This document shows positions 44,601 to 56,195 of a stretch of DNA of 64,000 bases, piece by piece. The notes beneath the pieces were generated by a model. The model saw only the letters and a list, made by a program, of their open reading frames with translations. It had not been told where the DNA came from and ran no database searches. Positions within the stretch are counted from its first letter, which is position 1, and every line of letters starts with the position of its first letter. The DNA is taken from the NCBI GenBank assembly GCA_965644315.1, contig CBFFRQ010000043.1, positions 682,001-746,000 of the forward strand, read 5' to 3'. The translations under genes and the position numbers were made by a program. This DNA is from Caecitellus pseudoparvulus. Its lineage: Eukaryota; Protista; Bigyra: Bicosoecida.

Positions 44601-46798
44601 AGAAGCAGGGTATCCCCTCCCTCGCCTGGCTGGCTCAGCGGGCTGTCGCCCAGCACACCACCCTGGACTCTGCGGCTGCCGCGCTGGAGGCGGCGGAGGA
44701 GCTGCAAGCCCAGACCCTGGGGGAGTACGTCGGGCGCCTGGTGCACGCCAACCTGCCTGCGATGCTGGTCATGACCAAGGGCGGAGTGCGGGATGCCCTC
44801 ACTGCTGTGGGCGCAGGATTGGCAGGCGGCACGTGGCGCAGTCCGCTGCAACGTGCACACCTGGCAGAAGAGCTGGCGAAAGCGCAAGCCGCTCGAGCAG
44901 GGCACGGCGCTGCGCGTGGCTCTGCCTCGCACGCTGCGGCAGGTCGAGGCGCCAGGGCCGACGTGCAGGGTGGCGAGGGCGGGCCTGCAAGCCCACACTC
45001 TCCACCTGCAGCTCAGGCGCGCGACCACTCTGAGCAGGAACAGCATGGTGTCCAGCAACCCATTGCGACATGCAGCCCCGCCCTTGAGCAGGTGTCATCA
45101 TGCGATGGCGACGCTGCACAGGCGTCGCCTGAGCCTGAGCCGCCGCAGCTGCCCGCTGCTGCCTCGCCGCCACCCCTGCCCAGCACACCCCCACAGCAGC
45201 CCTGGACGCTTCTTGACAGTAGTTCTCCACCTATCTGTGCTGCGGCCTCAGCAGTGAATGTTCTGCCTGGACCGGCTGCCGTGCCACCCCTGTCTTCTGC
45301 TGCCCTGGCCGGCCTGCCACCAGGCACCAAGGCTGCGCTGCGCGTGATATACGAGACCCTGCAGCAGCCAGCAACTGTGTCTCCATCAGCAGAGGCACTG
45401 AACGCCGTGGGCATCTTGCTGCAGCGGTGGAAAAACACCAAGCGCAAGCTGGTCGGGGCCTGTGCAGCTGCAGTGCAGGCGGCTGAGTTGGGTGCTGCGC
45501 CCCCCACTGCCGAGACGCTCCGAGGACTGATCAGTGGGGTCGCAGGCGCGGCACAGGGTTTCGATGCCAGGTGGCGCCGTGTGGCGCTGCGAGGTGCTGT
45601 CGCGTGGGAGCTCTGGTCCCTCGCCCCAGTCCTCCGGCGCGTCGCGGCCTCAGCTGATACGTGGGCTGCGCTTGTGGACGGGCAAGTGTCCCAGGGCAAG
45701 AGCAGAGCACGTTTCAGGGGGGAGGGGCCGGGCATTGTCCAGGTGCAGGCGCAGCTGTCGCAGCTGGCGCCTCGCCTGGCAGCAGCGCTCAGCGCCATGC
45801 AGGCTCTGGAAGCAGGGGGCTTCACCCTGGCAGCCTTCTCCTGGCAGGCGCCTGGTGGGGCCGCACTGGTCTTAGCAGAGGATGTGGCAGAGGTAGTGAG
45901 TGGCCACAGGTCCCTGCAGACGCTGCCCGGGGCGGGCGGGCTCCCGCCCACTCCAGCTCTGACCCCAGACGTGGCCGGCAGGCCCCCGCCAGTGCCCCCA
46001 CTGAACCTGGGCCAGGGAAGCCAGTCACCCCCTGCAGGAGCCAGCTCCCCTCCCCACTCCCAGCCCAAGCGGCGCCGTGGCAAGCGCAAGGCAGTGCCTC
46101 TTGGTGCAGTCCCCGGCACGGGCGTAGCGTCCACCCCCCCCTCCGTGCCATCCACGCCCCCCCTCCGTGCCAACACGGCGGCGCCCGTGTCCATGAAGCA
46201 GCTGCTGGCGGCGGCGGCGGAAACCAAGCCAGTACCCGCCAGTCCCAACCCAAGCCCGGCGCCCAGCGCATCCAAACACCGTGGGCGCCGGCGTCGGCAG
46301 CAGGCACTGCCCCTGTCCCAGCTGACACCGCCCCAAGACACCAAAGCTGCTGCGTGGCAGACGAGTGTGCCTTCCCGATCGCAGCTGCAGGGCGGGCTGG
46401 GGCGCGGCGCCCGGCCCTCCTTGGCGTCCATCGCCGCGAGCCAGGCCCAGGAGGCGGCAGCTGCCACGGCGGCATCCACACGCCTGGCCCAAGCACGCCT
46501 TGCAGCTGGGCGGGGAGCCAGTGGGGTGCTTGGCAAGAGCCGGCAGTCAGCGTGGGGCCGAGGCCCGGGCAACGCCGGGTCACCCCCCATCCTGGGCCTG
46601 GGAGATGTCGCCGTGATGCAGGCGCTAGCTGCAGAGGAGGAGGCGGCAGCGGCGGCTGAGGCTGCCTCGCTCGCCCTCGCCAAGGCCCTGTCCCAGGAAG
46701 AGGAGCCGGCGACAGGGGGCGGCAGGGGAAGGGGTGGACGCAGCAGGGGAGGGCGGCGGGGGCGCAGTAGGCAAAGGGGCGGCAAAGGCCGCCGTTGA
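41614..46798 (+). CDS. Ankyrin plus RCC1-repeat protein, IBTK-like
   Basis: GETALHVC/ARFG, DLESRWTPLHLALYSGN, several RCC1 repeats (SAGHAHSLAL..GRVWAWG..KGQLG), BACK-like helices near 44620-44770, RGG tail. One 5' intron. Confidence 0.8.
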
Positions 46799-46871
46799 GC
46801 TGTGCAGTGCATTGCAGGCCACTCCAGTGCAGGCGTGTGGCGTGGGCTGGTCCACTCGCGGCAGGGGCGCA

Positions 46872-47754
46872 TCATTCAGAATTCACAGAGTCGGCCCGTG
46901 CCTTCTTGTGCTTCTTGCTGCTCTTGTGCTTCTTGCTACTCTTGCTGCTCTTGTGCTTCTTGCTGCTCTTGCTGCTCTTGCTGCTCTTGCGCTCCACCTT
47001 GGGGCTGGACACGGCCTCCTCCTCCTCGCCGTCGCTCTCGCCTGAGCTGGAGGCTGTGTCGTCCCCCGTGGACACCTGGCTGGAGGTCGCAGCAGGCTCA
47101 CGAGGGCGCTTGGCGCCGCCGACAGGTGCAGCCGTCGCGCCACCCTCGCCTGCTGCCTCGGAAGCCTCCTTGGCCGCCGCCACTTCCTTGCGCCAGACGC
47201 TGAGCTTGGCCTGGTAGGCGTCCTCAAACGGCGCCTTCTCGGCGTCGCTCATGGCCTTCCACAGGCCGCCCGCGTGCTTGGCGATGACGCTGCTGTGCTT
47301 CGTGTTGAGCTCGGCCTGCAACTTCTCGCGCTGCGTGCCCATCCATGACAGGAAGGGCGTGGGTGGGCGCTTGGGGCCCACTCGTGCGGTCTTCTTCTTG
47401 CCGCCACTGCTGTCGCGCTTCGCAAGCTTGGCCTGCAGGGTCTTGGCTTCCTTGGCAGACTTGCGCACGGCCCGCTTCTCCTCCAGTGCATGTGTGCGAA
47501 TGCCCTTGGCCAGTGTGCGCATTTCACTCTTCCTGCACCGGGCGGGGCGTGCAGAGCAAGGGTGCGGGATTTGAGTGCAGACGATGCCAACGGCACGGCG
47601 ATGATCGACGCCTCTCCCCGCCCACGCACAGTGTGTCCAGGTGCTGGATGACAGCCTTGCATGATGCAAGGAGGGTTTCAGAGGTCACGCTGTGCGTCTC
47701 GCTCCTCTCTGTCTTGCCAGCTTCGGAGGCAGAGTCTGCGCTCGCGACGGACAT
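46872..47754 (-). CDS. HMG-box protein with Lys/Ser-rich tail
   Basis: PKRPPTPFLSWM...IAKHAGGLWKAMSDAEKAPF. Probable exon 1 from ATG 47754 and an intron at about 47628-47533. Confidence 0.85.
46902..46990. repeat. 9-bp-unit coding repeat (KSS/KKH)n
   Basis: cttgctgct and cttgtgctt units encode KSSKSSKSSKKHKSSKSSKKHKSSKKHKK on the minus strand. Confidence 0.85.
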
Positions 47755-47989
47755 TGTGATGCTGTGCTGCTGGCGCTGTCAACTCGGGCAGGGGCACGTC
47801 GGAGGGGCGACGGGGGAAGACGGCAGTAAGGAGCGGCTGGAGCGGAGCAGTAAATTACACAAACTCTGCGCGTGTGTGCTTGCTCACCTCCCCCTCGACT
47901 GCGTGTCTGCCAGCGGCAGAGTCCCGCCTTCCAGCGGAAATTGAGCGCCGTGGCTTGCCCGTCCTTTGCTCCCTCAGGCTCCCTGCACG

Positions 47990-48514
47990 ATGCAGCGGGT
48001 GGCCACCTTCGCGACCCGGGGCAAGTACAGCCGTAGGCAATTCCGCAGGGCACCCCTCGGCTCGAAGCAAGGCAACAAGAGTGCGAGCCACGCCACCCCG
48101 CGCTGCGCTGGTGTTTCGGGCTTGGCACTCCCCCGCCTCCTCCGCAGACTTCTTGAAAGGCACAGGCGGCAGGAGAATAGGGCACCACACCACAAAGGGT
48201 GCGCATGGCCACTCTTCCAGCTTGCGTTCCAGCGGCACACCCAGCCTGCCGCTCCCCTGCCAGGCCGATATGTCGTTCTGCCTCACCGCACGCTGGAGAT
48301 CTCAGCGCCCAGCCTGGAGGGCTTCACAGTGCGTGCCCCGCAGCAGGGCTCAGCCTGCAGCCACATGGCACAGCCCATGCGCCCACTCCCCTCTGCGCAG
48401 CTCACGCCCTACGTGCCGTACTCCGCACCCCACGTGACGGCGCCACCACACTCTGTGGCAGATGTCTTGGCCAGCGCTGAAGCTGCTGAGGCAGTGCCTG
48501 GGGAGAGCAGGTGA
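47990..48514 (+). CDS. MRPL41: Mitochondrial ribosomal protein mL41
   Basis: Not visible as one ORF. Exons 47990-48080, 48148-48198, 48264-48328, 48401-48514 splice in frame to LGSKQGNKNFLKGTGGRRIGHHTTKGRYVV...PSLEGFTLTPYV. Confidence 0.88.
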   Translation: MQRVATFATRGKYSRRQFRRAPLGSKQGNKSASHATPRCAGVSGLALPRLLRRLLERHRRQENRAPHHKGCAWPLFQLAFQRHTQPAAPLPGRYVVLPHRTLEISAPSLEGFTVRAPQQGSACSHMAQPMRPLPSAQLTPYVPYSAPHVTAPPHSVADVLASAEAAEAVPGESR

Positions 48515-48521
48515 ATGCATT
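48514..48521. terminator. Palindromic AATGCATT overlapping both stop codons of mL41 and HslV
   Basis: Sequence TGAATGCATTA: TGA on + at 48512-48514 and TAA on - at 48522-48520. Confidence 0.55.
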
Positions 48522-49227
48522 ACTCAGATTTCTCCGCGGAGGCGTGCGTGATGATGTCCATCTCGTCCTTCACGAAGCAGTGGTTGGTGTACACACACAT
48601 GTCCCCTGCAATGGTCATGGCGCGCTCAGCGATCTCCATGGCGGAGTGGTCGCTGTCCAGCAGTGCCCGGGCTGCGGCAGTGGCGAAGGGCGACCCGGAG
48701 CCGATGGCCATCACGCCATCCACGGGCTCCAGCACGTCGCCATTCCCCGTCACCTCCAGCGTCACCTCCTCGTTGGCCACGATGAGGGCTGCCTCCAGGC
48801 GCCGCATGTACCGCTCTGTGCGCCAGTCCTTGGCCAGCTCCACGCAGGCGCGCGCCAGCTGGTGGCTGTACTGCTCCAGCTTGGACTCCAGGCGCTCCAG
48901 GAGCGCCATGGCGTCTGCTGTGGCGCCGGCGAAGCCGACGATGACCTTGCCGTCCCCGATGCGGCGCACCTTGGTCGCATTGGGCTTCACCACCATGTTG
49001 CCAGCTGTCATCTGCCCGTCCCCCACGACAGCCAGCTTCCCCCCCTTGCGCACGGAGAGGATGGTGGTAGCGTAGCGCGGCGCCCCCACACCACCGTGCG
49101 CGAAGCCAGACGCATCCAGCACATAGCCTTGGTGCGCAGCAGGCATGCCACTCAGACAGGCTTGAGGGGCATGCTGGAGGCTTGCTGCGACACGTCGCAG
49201 CGGTGCTCGCAACGCTGCTGTCAACAT
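48520..49227 (-). CDS. hslV: Mitochondrial HslV (ClpQ) protease subunit
   Basis: Presequence [16 protein letters not shown], mature [47 protein letters not shown]. Confidence 0.95.
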   Translation of the reverse strand: MLTAALRAPLRRVAASLQHAPQACLSGMPAAHQGYVLDASGFAHGGVGAPRYATTILSVRKGGKLAVVGDGQMTAGNMVVKPNATKVRRIGDGKVIVGFAGATADAMALLERLESKLEQYSHQLARACVELAKDWRTERYMRRLEAALIVANEEVTLEVTGNGDVLEPVDGVMAIGSGSPFATAAARALLDSDHSAMEIAERAMTIAGDMCVYTNHCFVKDEMDIITHASAEKSE

Positions 49228-49452
49228 GCCGGCAATCTTGTGACGTGGTCTGTGCCGAAACGCTGGTGGCGAGCTGGCCAGGTAGTGCTGACAGAGCGAG
49301 GAAGCATTGAGCGCGACAAGGGTGGCAGACGTAAAGAGAAGGTGAAATGTGGTGCCCATGGTCTGACTGTGTACGCCTGCGAGGTTTCCATTGCGCACCG
49401 ACGGCGCCGGCAAGGGCAGCTGGCGTTTCACTGCGCGTGGCAGGCATGCATT

Positions 49453-50498
49453 CTAATCCTCCTTCAAGTCAAAGACCTCCTTCTGGATGCCGGCAGAGGT
49501 CATGACGACGATTTCCACGGCGTCTCCCGTGTAAATGTCTCGCTCGCCTGCCGTGATGAACGCCTCCTTGATAACACGCACGGCCTCCTCTGGCGTCAGC
49601 TCAGGCGCAGCATCGGTGCGAGTGCGGTGGCCCACCAAGTTGTCCAGGAGGGGGATGATGAGCTTCTGCCCTGCGCCCTGAGCGGCGTACTTGACCTCCT
49701 CGTAAGAACCCACTGCGTCGTACGTGAACACCTTCCCGTTGCCCTCCTTGTCCAGCCCAGCCACGACGTTGAAGGCGTAGTAGGGGAAGAAGCGGCGACC
49801 GTACAGTGTCGTGCTCAGCATCTGTGCCAGGGCGGAGGCCGACATGTCCGAGCCGTGGTCGTGCTCGTACATGTCCACGTGTGTGTGCAGGGTCTTGTGC
49901 AGGGTGGCCACGTCCGTCCAGCAGCCGCCAGTGGCCACAGCCACCGTATCATTGCTGCGTGAAGGGGGGGGTGACGCGAAGTGTGTGCCGTAGCTGCCGC
50001 CCACAGGTGCGACGGGCAACTCACAGCTGGGCGATCTTGGACACGTTGCGGGAGAGAATGGAGTAGCCCTTGGACAGGCGCGTATCGGCAGCGATCAGAG
50101 CGAAGCCCTTGCCGGCCAGTCCCAGTGCAGTGCTGTGCAGGCACAACGCAGGTTGGAGGTGAGCCAGTCCCACAGTCAGCACGAGCGCCACTGCGCCACG
50201 CACCCGCCGTTGAACTCGTATGGCTGGAACTGCGCGTGCTGCTTGCCATCAGCAGCAGTCCTGCGCAGTGGAGTGAGCAGGCAACGTGCGGGGGACCTGC
50301 TGTGCGCCCTGGCGTGGCGAGGCAACGTACTCCTGGCCTGCCGACAGCGGCACGGCACCTTCAGAGCTCCACAGGCAAGGTGCTCTGCGCACACGGGGCT
50401 TGGTGTGAGCTGACATCGGGCTGCCTTGTGCAGACACGCGGGGGCTGTGGGTCTCACCCTTGCATTGCCGTCGTGGGCGCTGCTGTGGCGGCTGCCAT
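49453..50498 (-). CDS. PSMB1: 20S proteasome subunit beta 6 (PSMB1/Pre7)
   Basis: FQPYEFNGG/T, AADTRLS, LSTTLYGRRFFPYY, YDAVGSY, ERDIYTGD, LKED*. At least three introns; start approximate. Confidence 0.93.
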
Positions 50499-50971
50499 GA
50501 CTGACAACCAGCGTTGAGGGGTGAAACGCCAGGCGGACCGGCCACGCACTGGCGAGGCTTGATACAGGCAGACCCACAGAGGCAGACAGGGGTGGCGGAG
50601 GGAGGCTGATTAGAGTGTTTTGGAACGTTCAGCTAGCTTGCTGCCCCACGCCCACCCCTGGACGTGGCCATGCAGCCTGCAAGGGGGTCACAGCGGCGGG
50701 CTTTGCCAGCTTGCTGCAGCCTGCGGGACCCGTCAGAGCAGGCGCACCCCCCTCCCACCGGCCAGTGCCATTCGAACACAGCGAACCATGACAGACCACT
50801 GTGCTGGCCACTCCCCACGTGCCCGCAACTCGCTGCTGACAAGCTGTAGGCTGCCCAGCCAGCTGCACCATCACTGCACCACCCCCGCCGCCATCAGCGT
50901 GGGAGCTCCCGGCACGCCAGCAGGCAACCGCGAGCCACTCCTGTCCTGCCGACGCCCGTGAATCCAGCAAC

Positions 50972-51857
50972 ATGCTGCGCACAGCCGTCCGAGCAGCCTC
51001 CGTGGCCTCCAGGGCCGCCACACGCGTGCCCTGCGTCGGTGCGTGGGGCGCTTCACATTCCGCACTGTGTTACGCCGCACCTGCGTTCGTGCAGGGCAGC
51101 GCTGCATCGCGCCGCGGGCGCACGCCGCCAACACCACTCCTTGCCTCACTGAGCATCTCCTGTCCCCCTGTGCAGCCCCCATGTCCACGGGAGCGACGGA
51201 TGAGGTGATGAAGAAGCTTGGTGCAGACTACGGCAGCGCCGACACCTACTTCGACACTGCTCGCCAGGCACCCGGTGACCACACCGAGAAGCGCGCCTTC
51301 ACCTACTTCGTGCTGGGTGGTGCTCGCTTCCTGTACGCCTCTGCCGTCCGCGTCGCCGTCGTGCGCACGCTGGCCACGCTGTCGGCCTCTGCTGATGTCC
51401 TCGCCTTGGCCAACTTGGAGGTGGACCTGAAGGCAGTGCAGCCTGGGGAGTGCATCACCGTCAAGTGGCGCGGCAAGCCCGTCTTCGTCAAGCACCGCAC
51501 AGAGGACCAAATCGCCGAGGTGGCTGCCCCCCTGCAGGGCCTGCGCGACCCCCAGACTGATGCGGAGCGCACACAGGACCCCAAGTGGTGCGTGAGCCAC
51601 CAGCTCGCGCCCCCGCCTCTGGCCTCGCCCAGGCACACACGCCCCTCTTTCTCTCACACAGGCTCGTCGTGCTGGGCATCTGCACCCACCTGGGCTGCGT
51701 CCCCATCGCCAACGCCGGCAACTTCAAGGGCTGGTTCTGCCCCTGCCACGGCTCACACTACGACGGCTCGGGCCGCATCCGCCAGGGCCCCGCACCCCTC
51801 AACCTGGAGGTGCCCCCCTACAAATTCGTCGGTGGTGACAAGCTCATCCTGGGCTAA
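50972..51857 (+). CDS. UQCRFS1: Cytochrome bc1 Rieske iron-sulfur protein
   Basis: Presequence [59 protein letters not shown]. Two introns. Confidence 0.97.
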
Positions 51858-52614
51858 AGTGTCGCCAGCCAATGCACTCCAAAACGCGCGCCCGTGGCCA
51901 CCACGGCATCAGGCCGGCCACGTCCCGAGGAGGCCTGGCAGCCCAGCACCGCACCCTCAACAGCTGCCTGGGGTGTGACTTGTTCGCAAGACGACGACGG
52001 CGAGAGGGCAGCCAGGCATGCAGCTGGCTGTCGTGTGGAGCCAAGTCAGAGCCCAGTCCTCGCCCCAGGTGCGCTTGCCAGCACACAACAGCTGCATGGG
52101 TCAAAACCCTCCCCCACTACACTTTGTGCCCCAGCCCGGCCCATCACAGCCCTGTGCTCCCCTGCTGCCTTGCCTTCGCGCTGCCGACCGCGCAGTTGCA
52201 GGCGTGTCGCTGTGCGACATCACTGTCTGGGAAGCCAGCGGCCTCCTGCCGCCTCCCAGGCTGTCCCCGAAGCAATTACAGGTGCGTCAAGAGATTCGCT
52301 CTTGGTTTATGTTTTCATTTTCTGCTCGCACGCGTTACCTTGCGCGGCTTCGTTGTCGGTGCATGCTGTCAAAAGCCGCTGCGGCACCCATCCCCGCGCA
52401 AGGCCCCTGCAGCGTGTGCTCCCTGCGCCAGCCAGGCTTCGCGCCTGTGGCAACTCTGTGGCTGCCTCGGCGGGGAGGCGGCGCTGGCAGGTTTGGTCCC
52501 CCAGCCTGCACCTGCCGCAGAGGCGGCTTTGTCCCTGTCGAAGTGCAGCTTGCATCACCCCGCCCAGCACCCCCCGCACACAGCCGCGCCACGCTTCCAC
52601 CCGCAGTGTGAAGC

Positions 52615-54189
52615 ATGAGCCAGCACGTCCCTGCCTCTGGCATTGACCGAAACATCGCCCGGGCGCGCTTTGACGCACGGCGCACGAGACGGCAGGTACC
52701 TCAGCGGCAGGAGCCTGGGTCAGAGGGTGGTGCGCCGTGGACTGGCTCCCTGCGCGACGAGGTGCCTGCGAGGCGGCCCGGCGCCAGCGGCGTCGACGGC
52801 GACTACGACGACGACGAGCTGGTGGAGGACCACGCCATCCTCCGAGCAGCGCCGTCCCGTCGCGGGGGTGGCAGGAAGGGGCCCGGCAAGGGTGACATGG
52901 TGTTCGGCAGCCACCTGCCCGAGACCTTCGACGACTGGCGCCGGGAGGGCCGCGAGAGCAACACGCCCCTGTCGCGGACTCTGGACGCTGCCCTGCGCAA
53001 GTCCGTCGCCCAGACGTCCCCCACAGGGCGCGTCACGGAGCACACCTCCTACCGCCGCGGCGGTGTGTTTGCCGACGACGCAGGGGATGCCGAGGACGGC
53101 GGCCTGGACATGGTGCAAGACGAGCTGGAGCGCCGCCGCGACGTGGCTCGACGTGCCCGTGAGTACTACTCAGCTGCCTCCAAGTACAGCGTGCAGCAGT
53201 CGGCCGCCCGTGTGGCCCGAGGCGCCCCTGCCGGCGGCGGCACCCCCCGAGCGGCAGGTGCTCCCCGGGCCCGGGCGGCAGACATGGCCTTTGCTGAGAG
53301 CGCTGCGGCAGGGGGCGGGCGCACCAGCGCCAGCAAGTTGAAGCTGGCCCAGGAGCGCTTCAAGTTGAAGATGTGGCGCATCACCAAGGCCTTGCAGCTG
53401 GCGGCGGCGCACAAGGCTGCTGTGCAGTCGGACAACGACCGCCTGACCGCCGACCTGGGCCGGCTCATGGCGGACACGGACGCTACCACCACCAAGCGGT
53501 ACAAGAGCGAGGCCAAGACGGCGCAGCTGTCCCAGGACCGCGAGACGACCCTGAGCAACATCTACGCCCGCAGGCGTGACCTGGACAACGCCCGCGCCTC
53601 CACCCGGACGTGGGCGGACAAGGCAGCCACGGTGCTGAAGCAGCTGAAGGAGGTGCGCCAGCGCCGCTCAGCGCGCATCGCAGAGGCCCAGGGCCGCGTC
53701 AGCATGCGGGGCGTGGAGTTGGACCGCCGGGAGAAGCGCCTGCGTGGCGAGGCCCGCAAGCTGGAAATGGCCGTGGACGACATCAGGGTGGAGCTCGCCC
53801 GCAAGCACGAGCAGCTGGCAGTGCAGGAGGCCCTGGTGGCAGAGGCCCGCACCATGCACCGCTCCCTGTCCCTGCATGATGAGAACCGGCTGTCTGCGGC
53901 AGACGTGGGCGCCAAGCGAGCCGCCAGGGCCAAGGCAGCTTCCTTCCGCCAGCGCATCGCCCTGACGCAGGGCGAGGCGGTGGAGGCGAAGCAGCGCATG
54001 TACGCCCTGCAGGACGACATGCTGGACATGCAGCGCCAGTTGGCGTCAGGGAAGGTGCTGGAGAAGTCCAGCATGGCCCAGCTGGCCATGCTGCACATGC
54101 AGGACGGCACGGAGGAAGCAGCAGTGCAGGTGTCCCGGGCAGTCCTGCGCGCTCAGAGCCAGCAGGCGCAGCTGGAGGACGCCAAGTGA
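52615..54189 (+). CDS. Uncharacterised coiled-coil protein
   Basis: 524-aa ORF with strong GC3 codon bias. C-terminal half is a heptad-rich charged helix. Confidence 0.75.
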   Translation: MSQHVPASGIDRNIARARFDARRTRRQVPQRQEPGSEGGAPWTGSLRDEVPARRPGASGVDGDYDDDELVEDHAILRAAPSRRGGGRKGPGKGDMVFGSHLPETFDDWRREGRESNTPLSRTLDAALRKSVAQTSPTGRVTEHTSYRRGGVFADDAGDAEDGGLDMVQDELERRRDVARRAREYYSAASKYSVQQSAARVARGAPAGGGTPRAAGAPRARAADMAFAESAAAGGGRTSASKLKLAQERFKLKMWRITKALQLAAAHKAAVQSDNDRLTADLGRLMADTDATTTKRYKSEAKTAQLSQDRETTLSNIYARRRDLDNARASTRTWADKAATVLKQLKEVRQRRSARIAEAQGRVSMRGVELDRREKRLRGEARKLEMAVDDIRVELARKHEQLAVQEALVAEARTMHRSLSLHDENRLSAADVGAKRAARAKAASFRQRIALTQGEAVEAKQRMYALQDDMLDMQRQLASGKVLEKSSMAQLAMLHMQDGTEEAAVQVSRAVLRAQSQQAQLEDAK

Positions 54190-54334
54190 GGGGCGCAATG
54201 CATTTGACTGGGGCGGGGCACATTTGCATGAACGCGCACTCCGTGCGAGAGCTTGGTGAGACGGGCAGGCAGGCAGGGCTGGCGTCCGTTCGTCGCGAGC
54301 AGGGCAGCGCCACACCACAGCTCCCAGCACCAAC

Positions 54335-56195
54335 ATGGCCACGGCAGGGGACTCCGTGACCGAGCACAGCCTGGAGCTGTTCAAGGCCCTCATTGGCCTG
54401 GCGGCGAAGCACCGGCTGTACCATATCTTGGACAGTGCGTTCCGGCAGGCACAGCCTGCGCCCAGCAAGTGCGCAGTTTGAGCACTGCGCCCGACCATGC
54501 CCTCGCCTTTCTCACAGGCTTGACACCGGTCTTGGCCAAGTTTGGGCAGCAAGGCCGCCTGCAACCCAACACCGACTCACACTTGCGACTGTCCATCGCC
54601 ATCATCACGAAGCAGGTACGAGTCGGCGAGCAGGCGGCGTGCACGCTGGCGTTTCACCCTTGCGTTACGTGCGTGACCGTTGTCGCGCAGTTGGACCCTG
54701 CGCTCAACGGAGGGAGGCCTGACATCCGAGAAATCATCTCATGCTTGCAGCGAGGAGTGAGTGCCTGCCTCCCCTGGCCAGTGCAGCCCAGTGCAGGCGT
54801 TCCACACGCTGCGGCCGGTCCCCAATCTCACAGCTCATGCAGCCTGACAGGGCACCGGGTGACGTGGCCATGTTGTGTGGGCAGCTGGCAGCTCGGTGGG
54901 TGGAAGTGATCCTGGACTCTGCCTCGACCTCTGGACACCTTGGCCGGAGCTCCGTATCAGAGCTGCAGTCCGCTGCAGCGCTGGTCCTCGCTGACGCGCA
55001 TGACTCCAGCATGAATGCTGGCCAGCGCCAGGTGCTGGGCGCCCTGCGCACCAGTGCAGCCGCCTTGAAGGCACATTTGGACGAAGCGCAGCAAAGTGGC
55101 ACCCTGTCATTGTACGCTGTGCCGTGCAAGGGCCCCAACGGCGCCCTGCTCCCTGCGCCGCCCTCCTTCTCCAGCCCGCGTGTGTGGCACGAGCACTGGA
55201 GTCGGTGGCAAGCCGACCTGCGCAGTGTGGCGGAGGACGTCCTGCGTCATTCATGCCTCCCCCCCCTCCCCACCCTGCTTGAGCGCGTGCGGGAGGTGGT
55301 GGCTGCCGCAGAGGAGGCCCTGCCCCCCACCACGGAGCTAGAGACAGCGTGGGCCGCCTTCCACGCGGCACACCCGCCCCCTGGCACCTCCACCAGCTCC
55401 CCCACGCGGGCCCTCTCCTTTGCAAACGTAGATGCAGCGCCAGCTGTGCAGCCACACGTGCCTGGCAAGGCGGGCAGCCCCATTGCCCCGCCCTCCCCCT
55501 CCCGGGCAACTCAGGAAGCCACGGTGAAGCGCAAAAAGCGCAAGAAGCGCAGCAAGAAGTCAGGGAGCAGCGGAAGCAGCAAGCTGACGCTGCAGAGCCT
55601 GTTCTCAGTGGGGGGCACCAAGCGAGCCCGAGCCCAGGCTGATGCTGGCCCGGCTCCTGCTACCAAATCCCAACGTGCAGCAGAAGCGGCAGCGTCCCCC
55701 TCAAAACCTGCCACAACGACGAAACAAGCGCCTCCGCCGCCCGCTGCTGCCAGTGCAGCGGTAGAGGCGCCCACGCCGCCCCCAGACGCTGCGCCAGCGC
55801 CGGCACCAGCTGCGGCTGCCCAAGCAGCCCCTCCAGCAAGCGTGGCTCAGCCATTGCCAGCTGCTGCTCCGTTGGACGTGAGCGCTGCTGAGCGAGATGC
55901 GGTACTGCAGCACTTGGCCAGGGTGGCGCTGGTGCCAGGCGTGCCCTCCTACCGCCAGCGGGCACACCGCACAATGTCTGGGCAGCGCAAGCGGTGGAGC
56001 GAGGAGGAGGTTGGGCTGCTGGTGGAGGGCCTGCAGGCGTACGGCTGGGGCAAGTGGGGTGCCATCGAGCTGGAGCAGCAGTTCAGGGAGCGAGGACGCA
56101 ACCCACAGGACCTGCGCACCAAAGCTGAGGAGTTGCACAGCAAGGGCAAGCTGGCTGAGCTGGGCATCCGCAACTTGCCGGCGCCAAAGAGCTGA
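54335..56195 (+). CDS. C-terminal single Myb/SANT domain protein, TRF-like architecture
   Basis: Multi-exon 5' part from ATG 54335, NLS-like KRKKRKKRSKK, RKRWSEEEVGLLVEGLQAYGWGKWGAI...RNPQDLRTK. Confidence 0.72.

Noticed and set aside
46902-46990. Short repeats as a CRISPR or telomeric array
   Set aside because: No spacers, eukaryotic context, and they encode the Lys/Ser tail of the HMG protein.
51880-52610. Overlapping 200-250 aa ORFs between Rieske and the coiled-coil gene
   Set aside because: Cys/Pro/Arg-rich random-like translations. More likely UTR or promoter, possibly with UTR introns.
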